Origin: Narcine bancroftii
Taxonomy: Eukaryota
Direction: 5' to 3'
Length of the DNA: 64,000 nt
Assembly: GCF_036971445.1 (NCBI RefSeq)
Contig: NC_091475.1
Location: forward strand, 49,352,001-49,416,000
Every line of letters starts with the position of its first letter. Position 1 is the first letter of the stretch. Shown piece by piece: positions 1-12,102 of this stretch. A program made the position numbers and the translations under genes. The notes under the pieces were generated by a model. It was not told where the DNA came from. It searched no databases and saw only the letters and a program-made list of their open reading frames with translations.

Positions 1-460
1 TAGCAGACTTTACTAGTAGCCCAGTACATCACAGGCAAAACCCTCCCATTATCAAGAACATCTACATAGAATGGTGCTGTTGGAGAGCAGCAGCAATGAT
101 CAAGGATCCACACCACCCAGCACACACTCTGTTCTCACTGCTGCCATCAGGAAAGAGGTATAGGTGCCTCAAGACTTGCATCAGGAACAGCTGCAACCCT
201 TCCACCATCGGACTCCTCACCAACAAACTCAATCAAGGACTCATTTAAGGACTCTTACATGTGCACTTTATTGATTTTTTTCTCTCTGTATTGAACAGAT
301 TATTTACATTCGTTATCTGTTTACAGTTTTTTATTCATTAACAGTATACGCTGTGTACATTTTTTTGCATCAATAAGTGGTAATTCTGCCTCAACTGCAG
401 AAAAAAGTAACTCAGAGTCATATATGATGTCATGTACTCTGACACAATAAATCTGAAATC
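1..460 (+). mobile_element. Rex1/Babar-type LINE, 3' end
   Basis: Decayed KDPHHPAHTLFSLLPSGKRY C-terminal motif and ...gacacaataaatctgaaatc tail; same family as 49517-49767 and 55185-56437. Confidence 0.7.
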
Positions 461-1039
461 CAGGGAATAAAGCTCCAGCCTCTCCCGATATCTCAAGCCC
501 TCAAGTCCTCATAACATCCTGGTGGATCGCTTCTGTACCCTTCTAACTAAATGACATCCTTCCCACAGATGACCAACCAGAACTGTATGCAGTACTCCAT
601 GTGGGCTCTCACCAATGTCTTGTAAAGCTGTCATGATCCACCATGAACCCAGGCTCCAGAAAAGAGGCAACAAAGCCAACAGAATGCTAAATCAACCCAA
701 TACCCTGATTTTTTTTCTGAATATACCAAATTCCTGAGAAGTCATCATGTCTCTGACCTTCATTTAGTACATATCAATCCTTTCTCATCAAACAAAGAAA
801 GAAAATGCATTCTTTTCTTGGAAGATCACTTTCACCTTCACCAAATAACTCAGTCTTCATCCCCAAAAAATGGATCAGCTGTCAAATTTCCCAGTATATT
901 TATAGATGTGCTTTCCACTTAAAACTGGAACATCATTGAACAGGAGCAAAAAACCCAGACTAAAACTCCAGCGCAGCAGAAATATTCCATAATCAGGAGC
1001 ATCATTTTTGCATGAGTCGACTTATGGCCTCTTCAATAT

Positions 1040-1875
1040 TCTTTTATCGTCATGTAATAAACACAACACTTCCTTTAGAGTCTAGGCTGCCATAAGGCAG
1101 ACAAGTTATCATTAATATTATCCAGCACCCCATACAGTAAGAGAAAGAAGAAAAAAGTGTCCTTCAGAGTCAGAGTCTCCATGGATTCACCTTCAGCACT
1201 TCCACAGCCTCTGCAGCCACACAGATCCATTGGCAACCCGAGCTCCAGGTCCAAACCTCTGATAAAATCAGGAGGTCTTCAGTGCTCAAGGCCTTCTTGC
1301 CCTCAGAAACTTCTCAAGTCCCAGTTCCAATACTTGGTTCCCATGAGCAAGTGTCCAGTAGTCCAGAACCTGTTCAGGTCCCCCAAATACAAGTCACCAA
1401 CAGTCCACAACCTGTGTGCATTCTTCAACCACTGAACCCCTTCGCTGATCGGTTGCCATGGTCACCATCCTGTAGGATCATCTGTATTTTTCCCTCTCAA
1501 ATAGTTGGGGGGGGGGGAAAGGAAGAGGTCTCTCCTTTTCTGGTGCCCTGCGCTGGTCTGCTGCCTTCCTTGAATATGCAACCCCCCCCCCCCCCCCCCC
1601 ACCTTCCACGGTCGGTGCCATCATGTGCACAGAGTGGTGGCCATTCCAAAGAAGGACATAGTATATATAATATGGTAACCTATAACCATGTCCGTCTTTG
1701 GAATGGTCAAACTAGTACAGACCCCTCTGCTGCAGGATTGTAAACAAAAACACCATCGGCTCCTTTAACAGGCTGTTTAACGCCTGAACGAGCGGTTGGA
1801 CCCCGCGGAGTAGCAATGTGTCTCCGCTCCCTGCAGGTCCGCACCAGCCCTGTCATTACAGCAGCTCCGCCATTA
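1040..1875 (-). repeat. ~800-bp non-coding interspersed repeat, copy 1 of 3
   Basis: Shares ordered blocks (tttat.gtcatgtaat, ctgccataaggcag, ggattcacct.cag, tttaacaggctgtttaa, tccgcaccag) with 21703-22500 and 52625-53375. Confidence 0.7.
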
Positions 1876-2207
1876 TTCAAGATCTTACAGCACATTTCAA
1901 AGGGCGAACGGGCTTACCCGCCGATGGCCTGGCACTTAGTTACCGTTCAGCACACATCTCCAAATAACATTGTTGGACCTTAGCCAACGTAAAGCGGTTG
2001 CAGTTTGATGAGTGACTGCACGAAAACTATAGACAAAAGTGTGTGTTTGTATGACACCATGAGTAAATCGGCAAAGTGGGGGGGGGGGGGGGAGATACAG
2101 CATCAAAGACCTGCGTTAATTCGATTTTTAACCTGCTACCATAGCTCCATGGGCCGAGCGGTTTCCCAGCGCTGGCCTGGCCGTACCAGCGGACGCCGGG
2201 CCCTTAC

Positions 2208-2249
2208 CCGCACGTTGCCTTTAGTCCTCTGCTTGTTTTTACCACCCAT
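2208..2249 (-). CDS. LTN1: LTN1 (listerin E3 ubiquitin ligase), first coding exon; gene continues left beyond the window
   Basis: Reverse strand reads ATG GGT GGT AAA AAC AAG CAG AGG ACT AAA GGC AAC GTG CGG|GTAAG = MGGKNKQRTKGNVR plus a canonical donor. It matches the vertebrate LTN1 N-terminus (MGGKNKQRTKGNLR), lies in a CpG-rich patch, and is syntenic with RWDD2B/USP16. Confidence 0.93.
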
Positions 2250-2289
2250 CGCACGTTCGGCTCGGATCCCTCGTACAACTTTTGAGTGC

Positions 2290-2445
2290 GTTCAAACGTC
2301 CTCGACCCTGCGCCTGCGCCTTTCAATCTGCTCGTTCCGACCTCGACCCCCCACGTCCTGCGCGTGCGCCTGGCCTGTCAACCCGCGCCTGCGCCTGTCA
2401 ACCCGCGCCTGCGCCTGTCAACCTGCTCGTTCCGTCCTCGTCAAG
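2290..2445 (-). promoter_or_regulatory. LTN1 CpG-rich promoter with four NRF1-type motifs
   Basis: GCGCCTGCGC at 2310, 2385 and 2405 and GCGCGTGCGC at 2360, directly upstream of the LTN1 ATG, inside a 20-bp tandem repeat (cctgtcaacccgcgcctgcg). Confidence 0.7.
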
Positions 2446-2694
2446 TGACCGGCTGGAAAAAGATGACTCCAAAGGGGAGAACACGGTCCAGGTTCGCTGG
2501 CTGCGGGTATATTTCAGGTGCGGACTGCTGCTGAAATGTGAATTCGGTTAAGTAACTGACACTGGAATTGATGTGTTTGCATACAAGGTAAAGGCAATAC
2601 AGTTTACAGAAACGTATCTTTAGGCGGTCCAAGAATACGGGGCATGACACTCTGTTGATAATGGGGTTGAAGTACCCAATAAAGGCACTGAGGG

Positions 2695-2825
2695 GAGCTA
2701 AAGTAAAAACACAGAAATGTTGGAGGAACCCAGCAGGTCTCGCAGGTAAAGATATATAACCTATTTTTCAGGCCTGAGCCCTTCTTCAAGGTTTGAATAA
2801 AAGTATGCAGGCGTCTGAATTGAAA
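2695..2825 (-). mobile_element. Penelope-like element terminal-repeat fragment
   Basis: aaaaacacagaaatgttggaggaacccagcagg...gagcccttcttcaagg is the reverse complement of the 3' end of the GIY-YIG element at 34650-35890. Confidence 0.65.
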
Positions 2826-3019
2826 GAAAGCACACAGAATGTTATGTCTTTGTGTTACTTGAGAGACTTCTCAAATAACTTAGAGAGGCAAGATTCAAAT
2901 AATGGAAGAGACTTTACTTACTGATGCCTTTCACCATTTCGGGAAACTGTTCACACACACATAAACATGAGAAGGGTATATTCTTACATGGTTTCAAAAT
3001 AGTTCACATTATCCTGACT

Positions 3020-5625
3020 ATATAATATCCCTCCTACTCAAGACAAAGAAAAATTTGGTGTTCTTTATCACTTTCTTTCCCATGCAACTTAAGTAATTGA
3101 ACTTGTACACAAGTTTATTTACACAACTATTTACAAACAGTATGTTGCTTCGCCATCTTGTGGATTTGGCTGCGGCCATTGGGCTCTGGGTTACTGGTAC
3201 AACTGTAGGTGATGTAGCTTGTGCTTCACCTGACAAATGCTGTGTTATTATTTCAGTATTAGTGGTTGTGGTCTCTTCACTTGACACCTCACTTGATATT
3301 GGTGGTATTAAAGCTTTCTGCTTTGTCACATCTTGTGTCAGCTGGATGTGAATTCTGTTCCTCCTCAGCTGATTGCCAGAGCCTGACTCGACAATATATG
3401 ATCTTGGTGTCTCAGCTTCCCTGTTGACATTTGTTGGGGTCTATGTTTTCAACATCGGCTCTTGAATATGCACATGCTGCCCTTTGAAGAGTTCTGGCAT
3501 TGTTTGTGCATGTTTGTTATAATTATGGCATTCTTCTCACGTCAGCCAGTCTTCTTCTGGTTTTCTCCTGGTCTTCTGGAGGGTGTATTTTGCTTGACAG
3601 AATTGTTTTATATCTCCTGCCATTTATAAGTTCTGCTGGGGACTTCATGTCAGCCCTTAAAGGAGTTGCTTATAATGATACAAGAGTATCATTATATCAT
3701 TGATACAAGAGTCTTCTTTTGTTTCGTGACACTTAACTTATGTGTGTTTCACAGTTTGCAGTTGCCTTTCAATGAACCCATGTCCTTTGTGGTAGTATGA
3801 GCCCAAAGGACCCCGAAACCCAGCAGTAATAGACATTCACCAAGACAAGTAGTTATTTAAACAAAAGTTGTTTTTAATTAACTTTAAATATGAAAACAAT
3901 CAAACTTTCTTATCTCTATACTTAACTAACCCAAATTAACCCCCTTCTAATTCTAAGCGCACGTGTAAATGTGTGTGTAAATTTAAGAAAAGTTCTTTGG
4001 TTCACAGTTCAATCTCACTTCTTTCAAGTTCTCTGGATGCAGGCAATTCTTATACCGTGCACAGAATTTAACATGTATAAAGTTCACCAGGCTTTGGTGC
4101 TCGAAAGGTAAATGTTTACCACTCAGGAAGGTTCTTGTAGTGTTTGCAGAGAGAGATTTGTTGTTCCAGGATTTCCACAACTGAGGTACCACCATTAGTC
4201 ACCTCAATGTCTCCCTGATGAAACTTGCCCCATCAGGGTTCTCCAGATGGCAACCTCTTTCGTTTAGGTTACGACAGAGCTCCTTCTGTTACTCTTGTTC
4301 CAAGATAAACGTCAGACAGATAGCACTTCCAGCCATCCGCTGCTCTGGAGTTTTTCTTCAGTTTCAACCAGCTTCCTGGTTTGCACTGTTCAGCTGCTTT
4401 TCAGTGTCACACACACTAGCTGGGAGAGCTTGTTGAACTTGTCTTATCTCTCTCTCCAACTGCCAGAAAGCCCATGTGACTCTCTCCCTTGCAAAAAACC
4501 CCCACCTTCTTCAGCAAACCACAGGAGTTCTCCCCCTTGGTCAAGCTGTTGTCTTAGGTAAACAAAACCCAGGACTGACCCTTCTGTGAGCACTTTGCAG
4601 AAAGGTCAGAAGCCTTGTAGTTATCCAACCATCCATCCTGTCTCCAATTCCAAACAATGGTCTATTCATTTCATGCCATCATTTCAATTAGCACCTACTT
4701 GTAAAATGTGCATAAAAGTCTCCAAAGTTTCTGCAATGTTTCTGAATATGAATTCTTCAGTCTTTCAAATAAGATCTGTTTTAAAATGTGTGTATGTATG
4801 TAACCTACTCTAATTTTACCAAATACCTCCCAATATTTATATGTTACAGGATAATGCAATGATAACATACTCATATTCTACAGCCAGCTTTCTGAATTCT
4901 TGTGATGTGAACTGTGTTCCATTGTCACATATTACTTGCTCAGGTTTTCCTTGTTCACCAAGGAGCGCTCTCATTTTTGAAATGATAGTTTATGCTCTCA
5001 GGTCTTTCACAAATGGAAACAGAGTAGTAACAGGCTACTATTAAATACCACTCTTGATTCTCGGTGAACAAGTCTGCTCCCACTGTGTGCCATGGCCTGG
5101 TAGGTATTTCTGTGGAAGTAATTTCCTCTTTTTGTTGTGTGTTTCTGTACTTTTGGCATATTTCACATGCTCCCACCATATTTTTGATGTCTATATATAC
5201 CAGTCCAGTACACAGCTGACTTTGCTCTGAGTTTGCATTTCTCTATTCCCATGTGACCTTCATGTATTTTCTGGAGAATCTCTTTCTGAATTGTTTCAGG
5301 TATAATTGGTCTTGATCCAGCCAGCAGAACACCATTCTCCAATGATAGACCAATATTTACATATTGAAGGCTGTATCTGTTTTATCCTTTCTGGCCATCC
5401 TTGTATTACTTGTTGAGAAAGCATTTGCAACACCTTGTCCTCACGGGTTTCTTCTCTGGTCTGGCTTAGTTTATTACTGGACATACTGACAAGATGATGT
5501 ATCTTGATCCCCATGTCTTCCATTTCATATTTTTCATTCAGGAAAGTCGTGATAAGGTATCAGCAAGCACCATCTCTTTGCCTGGTATGTAGTTTAAGTC
5601 AAAGTCATAGCATTGTATTCATAGA
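3020..5625 (-). mobile_element. Decayed Gypsy-type LTR retrotransposon pol/integrase region, interrupted by a solo LTR
   Basis: Integrase motifs H.GHMG...CEIC, PTRPWHTVGADLF, ICDNGTQFTSQEF and YHKGHGFIERQLQTVK on the reverse strand, with stops and frameshifts. Confidence 0.8.
3796..4848 (-). mobile_element. Solo LTR nested in the Gypsy integrase
   Basis: Starts TGTAAC on the minus strand, splits the integrase core, and shares blocks with the LTR at 9486-10566. Confidence 0.6.
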
Positions 5626-5629
5626 AGAA

Positions 5630-7770
5630 ATCTCTAGTCTAGCTGGTCCCTTACTATCCTTTTACTCATAACATAGTTGTAAAAACCCTTCAGGTTTACC
5701 TTCACAGCCTCCCGTCTTATTTTAGCTTTCCTGATTTTCTTTTTAAGTATTTTGTTACATTTTCTATACTCTTCTAGTCCCTCATTTGCTCCTTGTTGCC
5801 TATACTTGCTATCCACCTCACTCTTCCTCTTAAACACATTGCTAATATTGCTTGAAAACCAAGGTTCCCTATGCCTGTTATTTTTGATTTTAATCCTGAC
5901 AGGAACATACAAACTCTGCATTCTCAAAATTTCACCTTTAAAGGCCTTCCACTTACTGAACACATCCTTGCCAGAAACAACTTATCCCAATCCACTCATT
6001 TCCACAAAGCTGGCCTTTCTCCAACTTAGAGTCTCAACTCAAGGACCAGACCTACCCTTATCCATAATTAAATTAATTACATTATGGACACTGGACCCAA
6101 AATGTTCGCCTACACATACATTTGGCACCTGACCTATCTGGTTCCCGAATAGGTGACAAAGTATTGTATCCTCTCTCGTTGGTACCTCTATATTGATTTA
6201 GAAAACTTTGCTGAACACATTTGACAAACTCTAAGCCATTGAGCCCTTTTGCAGTATGGGAGTCCCAATCTATATGTGGAAAGTTAAAATCTCCTATTAT
6301 CACAACTTTCTATTTATTTCTTTTTAAAATATTTTTATTCATCTTTAAAATATACAGAATTGAACAGTACAGTTATATATTGTAATGTACAATTCAAAAG
6401 ATAAGAATTTTAAAAAAAACTTTGTAATTCAAAACCCGTACCACTAAGCAAGGTTAAAAGCTAACACATAGAAATCAATTGAAAACAACTAGACATGGAC
6501 AGCATAGCAACAATGCTTCAGAACAACCCTAATTCTTTAGCTTATAATAATAGTGCATAAATGGGCCCCACATCTTTTGAAAGTTAATATTTGACTCTTT
6601 AACGGCATATCGAATTTTTTCTAAACTTAATAAGACATAGTATCATTTAACCATTGTGTGTGTGTGTGTGTGTGTGTGTGTAGGTGGAGTATTGTCTTTT
6701 GATCAAAATTGCTTGTCTGGCAATAGATAAAGTAAAAGATAACATTTGTTTTTAAGTTGGAGTCAGTAAAACATCATCATCTTGAAATGATCCAAATAGA
6801 GCAGATAAATTTCAAGGTTCTAATTTGAACTTAAGGATCACAGATAATGTTTGAAAGATATTTTACCGATTTTTTTCTAAACTAGGAAAAACCCAGAACA
6901 TGTGAACCAAAGAAGCATTACCAATTTAACATGTCACATTGCAGATTTATGTCTGAATAAAAATGAGACAATTTATCTTTAGACATATGTACTCTATGAT
7001 CCACTTTAAATTGCAACAGAGTCATGCACAAAAGGAGGTAGTATTAATCAGATTACAAATAGAGTCCCAAACCTCATTCAAGAATGAAAGCTTCAAATCC
7101 TTTCTGTTTCTTACAGATTTGCTCCTCCAATTCTCTCTGACTATTGGCTGATCTATAATACAACCCTATCAGTGTGGTCACACCTTTCCTGTTTCTCAGC
7201 TCCACCCATATGGCCTCTGTAGACAAGCCCTCAAGCTGTCCTGTCTAAGCACTGCTCCCTCTTTCATCTCTTCCCCTACTACTACTCCCTCTTTCCTCTC
7301 TTTCCCTCTATCATGTCTGAAACAATGGAACCCTGGAACAATGAGCTGCTAGTACTGCCCTTCCCTCCTGCAACTAAGTCTCAATAATAGCAATAATGTC
7401 ATAATCCCACATGCCAATCCACACTCTAAGATCGTCTGCTTTCTGACAATACTCCTTGCATTGAAATCAATACACTGGAGGACGTTTCTATCATGTACAA
7501 AGCTTTGATTTCTGACAAAGGTCCTCGCATGATCTTTATCTTCCTCTACCTCACTATCTGCTCTAACACTCTGGTTCCCATCCCTCTGCCAATCTAGTTT
7601 AAACACACCCCCCCACCCCCAGAGTAGCTTTAGCAAATCTATCTGCAAAGATGTTAGTCCCCCTCCAGTTCAGGTGCAAACTGTTCTGTCGGAACAGGTC
7701 CCACCATCCCTGGCACAGAGTCCAATTCTCCAGAAACATGATGCCCTCCCACCTGCACCATCTCTTTAGT
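5630..7770 (-). mobile_element. CR1-type LINE fragment (ORF1 esterase-like end plus endonuclease), interrupted by an L1-like fragment
   Basis: LHLNWRGTNIFADRF (ORF1), FNARSI, IIGDFNFPHIDW and EPWFS motifs on the reverse strand. Confidence 0.8.
6320..7120 (-). mobile_element. L1/Tx1-like LINE 3' fragment nested in CR1; contains a (TG)n microsatellite at 6655-6681
   Basis: Reverse strand LQFKVDHRVHMSK and HMFWVFP, typical of the L1-clade ORF2 C-terminus; A-rich tail at the left end. Confidence 0.6.
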
Positions 7771-8149
7771 GGGAATAGAAAAATCTTTCTCAATCGGCAG
7801 GATTTGACTATTGAGATACTGAGGGCATTGGGGCTTAGGCTCCAGCCATTCGTAATCAATGATTTGGCTATAACAAAGTCATTTTTTCAAGTTTTCCGAT
7901 AATACAAATTTATGTAGGATTGTGGGTAAAAAGGTGTGTGTAAAGAAGCTTCAAGGAGATATACACACAAAGAACATGACAAAGTTCCTCCAGCATTTCT
8001 TTGTGTTTTTACTACAATCACAGCATCTGCAGACTTTCTTGTTTCAACCCAAATATAGTCTCTATATTTTTACTAAATATAGACTCTAATATTTACTCAA
8101 TAACATTTATTTATTTTTATATATGTATATTTGTTCTATATATGTCAAG

Positions 8150-9105
8150 TCAAATTTATTGTCATCTGATTGCACAAGTACTAACACGATTAAAAAGCAT
8201 TCTCTGGTTCTCGGTGCAAAACAGGCAGGCACACAACCAGACGTAATACACATACAAGGCAAACAATATATATACAGGACAAGTATTCATATCTACAAGT
8301 AAATAAATAACATTTTGTAAATATGAGAGTCTCAGATGGTTTGTGTGAGCATTTCCTTTGGTCATTCAGTTTTCTCACTGCTTGAAGGAAGAAGCTGTTC
8401 CTCAATCTGGTGGTGCTGGCTCCAATATTCTCAATGGGAGCAGCTGAAAGATGCCGAGATGGTGTGAACAGGGTGGAGGGGTCAATGATTTTGCACGCCC
8501 TCTTCAGACAACAATCTTGGTAGATCACATTGAATTGGTGGGGGGGAGGGGAGGGAGACTCCAGTGATCCTCTTTGCCACTCTTATGGTCCTGTGGATTG
8601 ACCTCTGATCCATTTCTCTGCAGCGACAGTACCACGCTGCGATGCAGCTGGCCAGGACCCTCTCAATAGAGCTCCTGTATAAGGTTGACATGATGGTGGC
8701 TGATAGCCTTGCCTGTTTCTATTTTCTCAGGGAGTGCAGTTGCACCTTCCTGCCAAGTGAGGTAGTGTATGTCCATGATAGGTCCTGAGTTAAGCGGACT
8801 CCAAGGAAATTGGTGTTCCCTCCACTAGAGTTTATTGATGTGTAGGATGGTCATTCCTGTTTCTTCTTAAGTCCACAATCATGTCCTTTGTCTTATCTAT
8901 GTTGAGACTCAGGTTGTTACTCTCCCACCATATCACAGGTTTTCCACCTCTTCTCTGTAGTGTGACTCACCATTGTTGCTGATGAGGCCAACTACTGTTG
9001 TGTCATATGCAAATTTGATGACACTGCTGAAGCTGGATCTGGTGATGCAGTCGTGGGTTAGTAGCATGAACAGGAGCGGGCTGAGTACACATACTTGAGG
9101 TGCGC
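8150..9105 (-). mobile_element. Rex1/Babar-type LINE, 5'-truncated
   Basis: GAPQVCVLSPLLFMLLT, KFAYDTTVVGLI, LYRSSIERVL...AWY, TTRLRNSFF. Confidence 0.8.
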
Positions 9106-9485
9106 CTATATATTGTTTGTCTGTATGTGTGTTGTGTCTGGTTGTATGCCAGCATGTTTTGCACTGATGACCGCAGAACACTGTTTTCACAGGTTGCACA
9201 GTGCAATCAGATGATAATAAATTTGAACAAACTTGAAATGGAATACAATGTGGAAATGATAAAAGTTAAACATTTTGGTGCACAAAATAGAAAAAGCATC
9301 TTTTGAAAAATGGTGAGAGACTGAGTAGTATCGATAATCAGAGAGAGCTCATTATCCTTGTATACAAGTCATCATAAGTCAACTTGTTAATGAAGCAAGA
9401 AATTAGGAAGCCAAATAGTATGTTTGCTTTTATTACAAGAGGAGAGATTAAGTAGATCAAGCCAGGAAAGCATAATGTTTAGTAG

Positions 9486-10566
9486 TGTAATGAATCTGTG
9501 TTAATATTAATCCTTAGTCTAATATTAAAACTATATTTTATCAAGACATGGTTTAATAAATTAGTTTGGGTGGTTACAGAGGAACAAAGACACATTAACA
9601 TTTTAAATACACATGGTTCTTTGAGATGGAAGACAGAAGCAGTTTGAGATGAAAATGGCTGCTGATTGAAGTTGGAGTCAAGATGAACGGATTTATGATG
9701 GTTCTTGAGATACTGAAAACAATAGGTGTTATTTCAGAAGCATCTGTCTAAATCCAGACACCTTTGGACCAGAAGAGAATCATAACACAAAGTTAATTAC
9801 ATTTATTCTGTGAGTGAGTAGACAAAGATGCTTTTAGCATATCCATGTCAAAAGACTGTATGAACTTCATGTCACATACCATGTGACATGAGAGATTTGC
9901 AATAAATATATTACCAAAATGAGAGACAGTCTGTTTTAAGGAAACTCGCCATTCTGTTCAGATGCAGAAATGACCAGCAGTAATTTTTCCTGCAAAAGGG
10001 GAAAAGCTGCTTGTGAACACAGAATAAGTAGATTTCAAAAGAGAAGCCTACTTCTGTCTCTTTAAGATAAAGAGAAGTTTCATCGTTTGGAAAACAGATT
10101 CCAAAGTCTTCATTCAAAAGAAGAAAATTTGATCCTGGGAAGACAGGATTTGTATTATCTATTTCATAGGAGATACATTTGTGGCCTAGAAGATGGTCAT
10201 TTCTGCTTGAAGAATATCTCTCGAAGACAACTCATCAAAAAAATTTTGAATTTAAAGAGGCCTGAAGATGTGATGTTTAAAATCATTATAATTATTTCTG
10301 AACTGAAAATTTAAGACCTTCAAGTAAGACTAAAATGATACTGAAGTTTTAAAACTGACTTCTCAAAGTGGGACTTTAATTACACACACATTTACATTTG
10401 TGCAAGTTTAGAGATAAGTAAGTAATGTTATTTTATTAATAGAGTAATAAAAATATTGTTTTGAATTTACCATTGTCTGGTAAATTTTCCATTGCTGTTC
10501 CTTTGTTAGGGATAACAAAGTCCCTTTAGTCCCAAACAAAATTTAAAGGGTTGTTAGTTCGTAACA
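9486..10566 (+). mobile_element. Solo LTR with 5-bp target-site duplication, inserted in a CR1 fragment
   Basis: TGTAAT...GTAACA termini flanked by AGTAG (9481-9485) and AGTAG (10567-10571); internal AATAAA near 10445. Confidence 0.75.
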
Positions 10567-10734
10567 AGTAGAACGACAGGAGATCTCATTGAAACTTACA
10601 AAATTCTCACAGGACTTGTGAGAAATATGCTTCCCTTGGCTGAGAGGTCAAGAATTAGTGTCACAGACTCTGAATAAGACAGACAATTTAGGTCTGAAAT
10701 GAGGAGAAATTTTCGACTCAGATTTTTAAAAATC

Positions 10735-11778
10735 TTTTTCTTTGGTTTGCCTTCGCGGACGAAGATTTATGGAGGGGTAAATGTCCACGTCAGCTGCAGG
10801 CTCGTTTGTGGCTGACAAGTCCGATGCGGGACAGGCAGACACGGTTGCAGCGGTTGCAGGGAAAAATTTGTTGGTTGGGTGTTGGGTTTTTCCTCCTTTG
10901 TCTTTTGTCAGTGAGGTGGGCTCTGCAGTCTTCTTCAAAGGAGGTTGCTGCCTGCCGAACTGTGAGGCACCAAGATGCATGGTTTGAGGTGATATCAGCC
11001 CACTGGCGGTGGTCAATGTGGCAGGCACCAAGAGCTTTCTTTAGGCAGTCCTTGTACCTCTTCTTTGGTGCACCTCTGTCTCGGTGGCCAGTGGAGAGCT
11101 CGCCATAGAACATGATCTTGGGAAGGCGATGATCCTCCATTCTGGAGACGTGAACTACCCAGCGCATTGGATCTTCAGCAGCGTGGATTCGATGCTGTCG
11201 GCCTCTGCCATCTCGAGTACTTTGATGTTGGAGATGAAGTCGCTCCAATGAATGTTGAGGATGGAGCGGAGACAACGCTGGTGGAAGCATTCTAGGAGCC
11301 GTAGGTGATGCCGGTAGAGGACCCATGATTCGGAGCAGAACAGGAATGTGGGTATGACAACGGCTTTGTATACGCTTATCTTTGTGAGGTTTTTCAGTTG
11401 GTTGTTTTTTCAGACTCTTTTGTGTAGTCTTCCAAAGGCGCTATTTGCCTTGGCGAGTCTGTTGTCTATCTCGTTGTCGATCCTTGCATCTGATGAAATG
11501 GTGCAGCCGAGATAGGTAAACTGGTTGACCGTTTTGAGTTTTGTGTGCCCGATGGAGATGTGGGGGGGCTGGTAGTGATGGTGGGGAGCTGGCTGATGGA
11601 GGACCTCAGTTTTCTTCAGGCTGACTTTCAGGCCAAACATTTTGGCAGTTTCCGCAAAACAGGACGTCAAGCGCTGAAGAGCTGGCTCTGAATGGGCAAC
11701 TAAAGCGGCATCATCTGCAAAGAGTAGTTCACGGACAAGTTGCTCTTGTGTCTTGGTGTGAGCTTGCAGGCGCCAGTC
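10735..11778 (-). mobile_element. RTE-clade (BovB-like) LINE, 5'-truncated
   Basis: RELLFADDAAL RT motif, FTYLG, RLPKIMFYGEL, C-terminal CNRCNRVCLSRIGLVSHKRAC. Confidence 0.9.
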
Positions 11779-11866
11779 CAATATCCTTTGATTCTATCCT
11801 CCTTTCTCGAGGCATTGAGTCCTTGAATTATAGTTTAAACTCATCTTACCCATAATAATTATAAAT

Positions 11867-12102
11867 CTTCTTTGGCTTGGCTTCACCGACGAAGATTAAT
11901 GGAGGGGTAATGTCCACGTCAGCTGCAGGCTCGTTTGTGGCTGACAAGTCCGATGCGGGGCAGGCAGACACGGTTGCAATGGTTGCAAGGGAAAATTGGT
12001 GGGTTGGGTGTTGGGTTTTTCCTCCTTTGTCTTTTGTCAGTGAGGTGGGCTCTGCGGTCTTCTTTAAAGGAGGTTGGTGCCTGGCGGGCAGTAACTTCCT
12101 CC
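11867..12102 (-). mobile_element. Short RTE 3' copy with 13-bp TSD
   Basis: AATAATTATAAAT at 11854-11866 and 12103-12115 flanks the element. Confidence 0.85.

Noticed and set aside
2005-2551. Overlapping plus-strand ORFs of 82-147 aa over the LTN1 promoter
   Set aside because: They arise from GC-rich tandem repeats, resemble no protein, and the real coding signal is LTN1 exon 1 on the minus strand.
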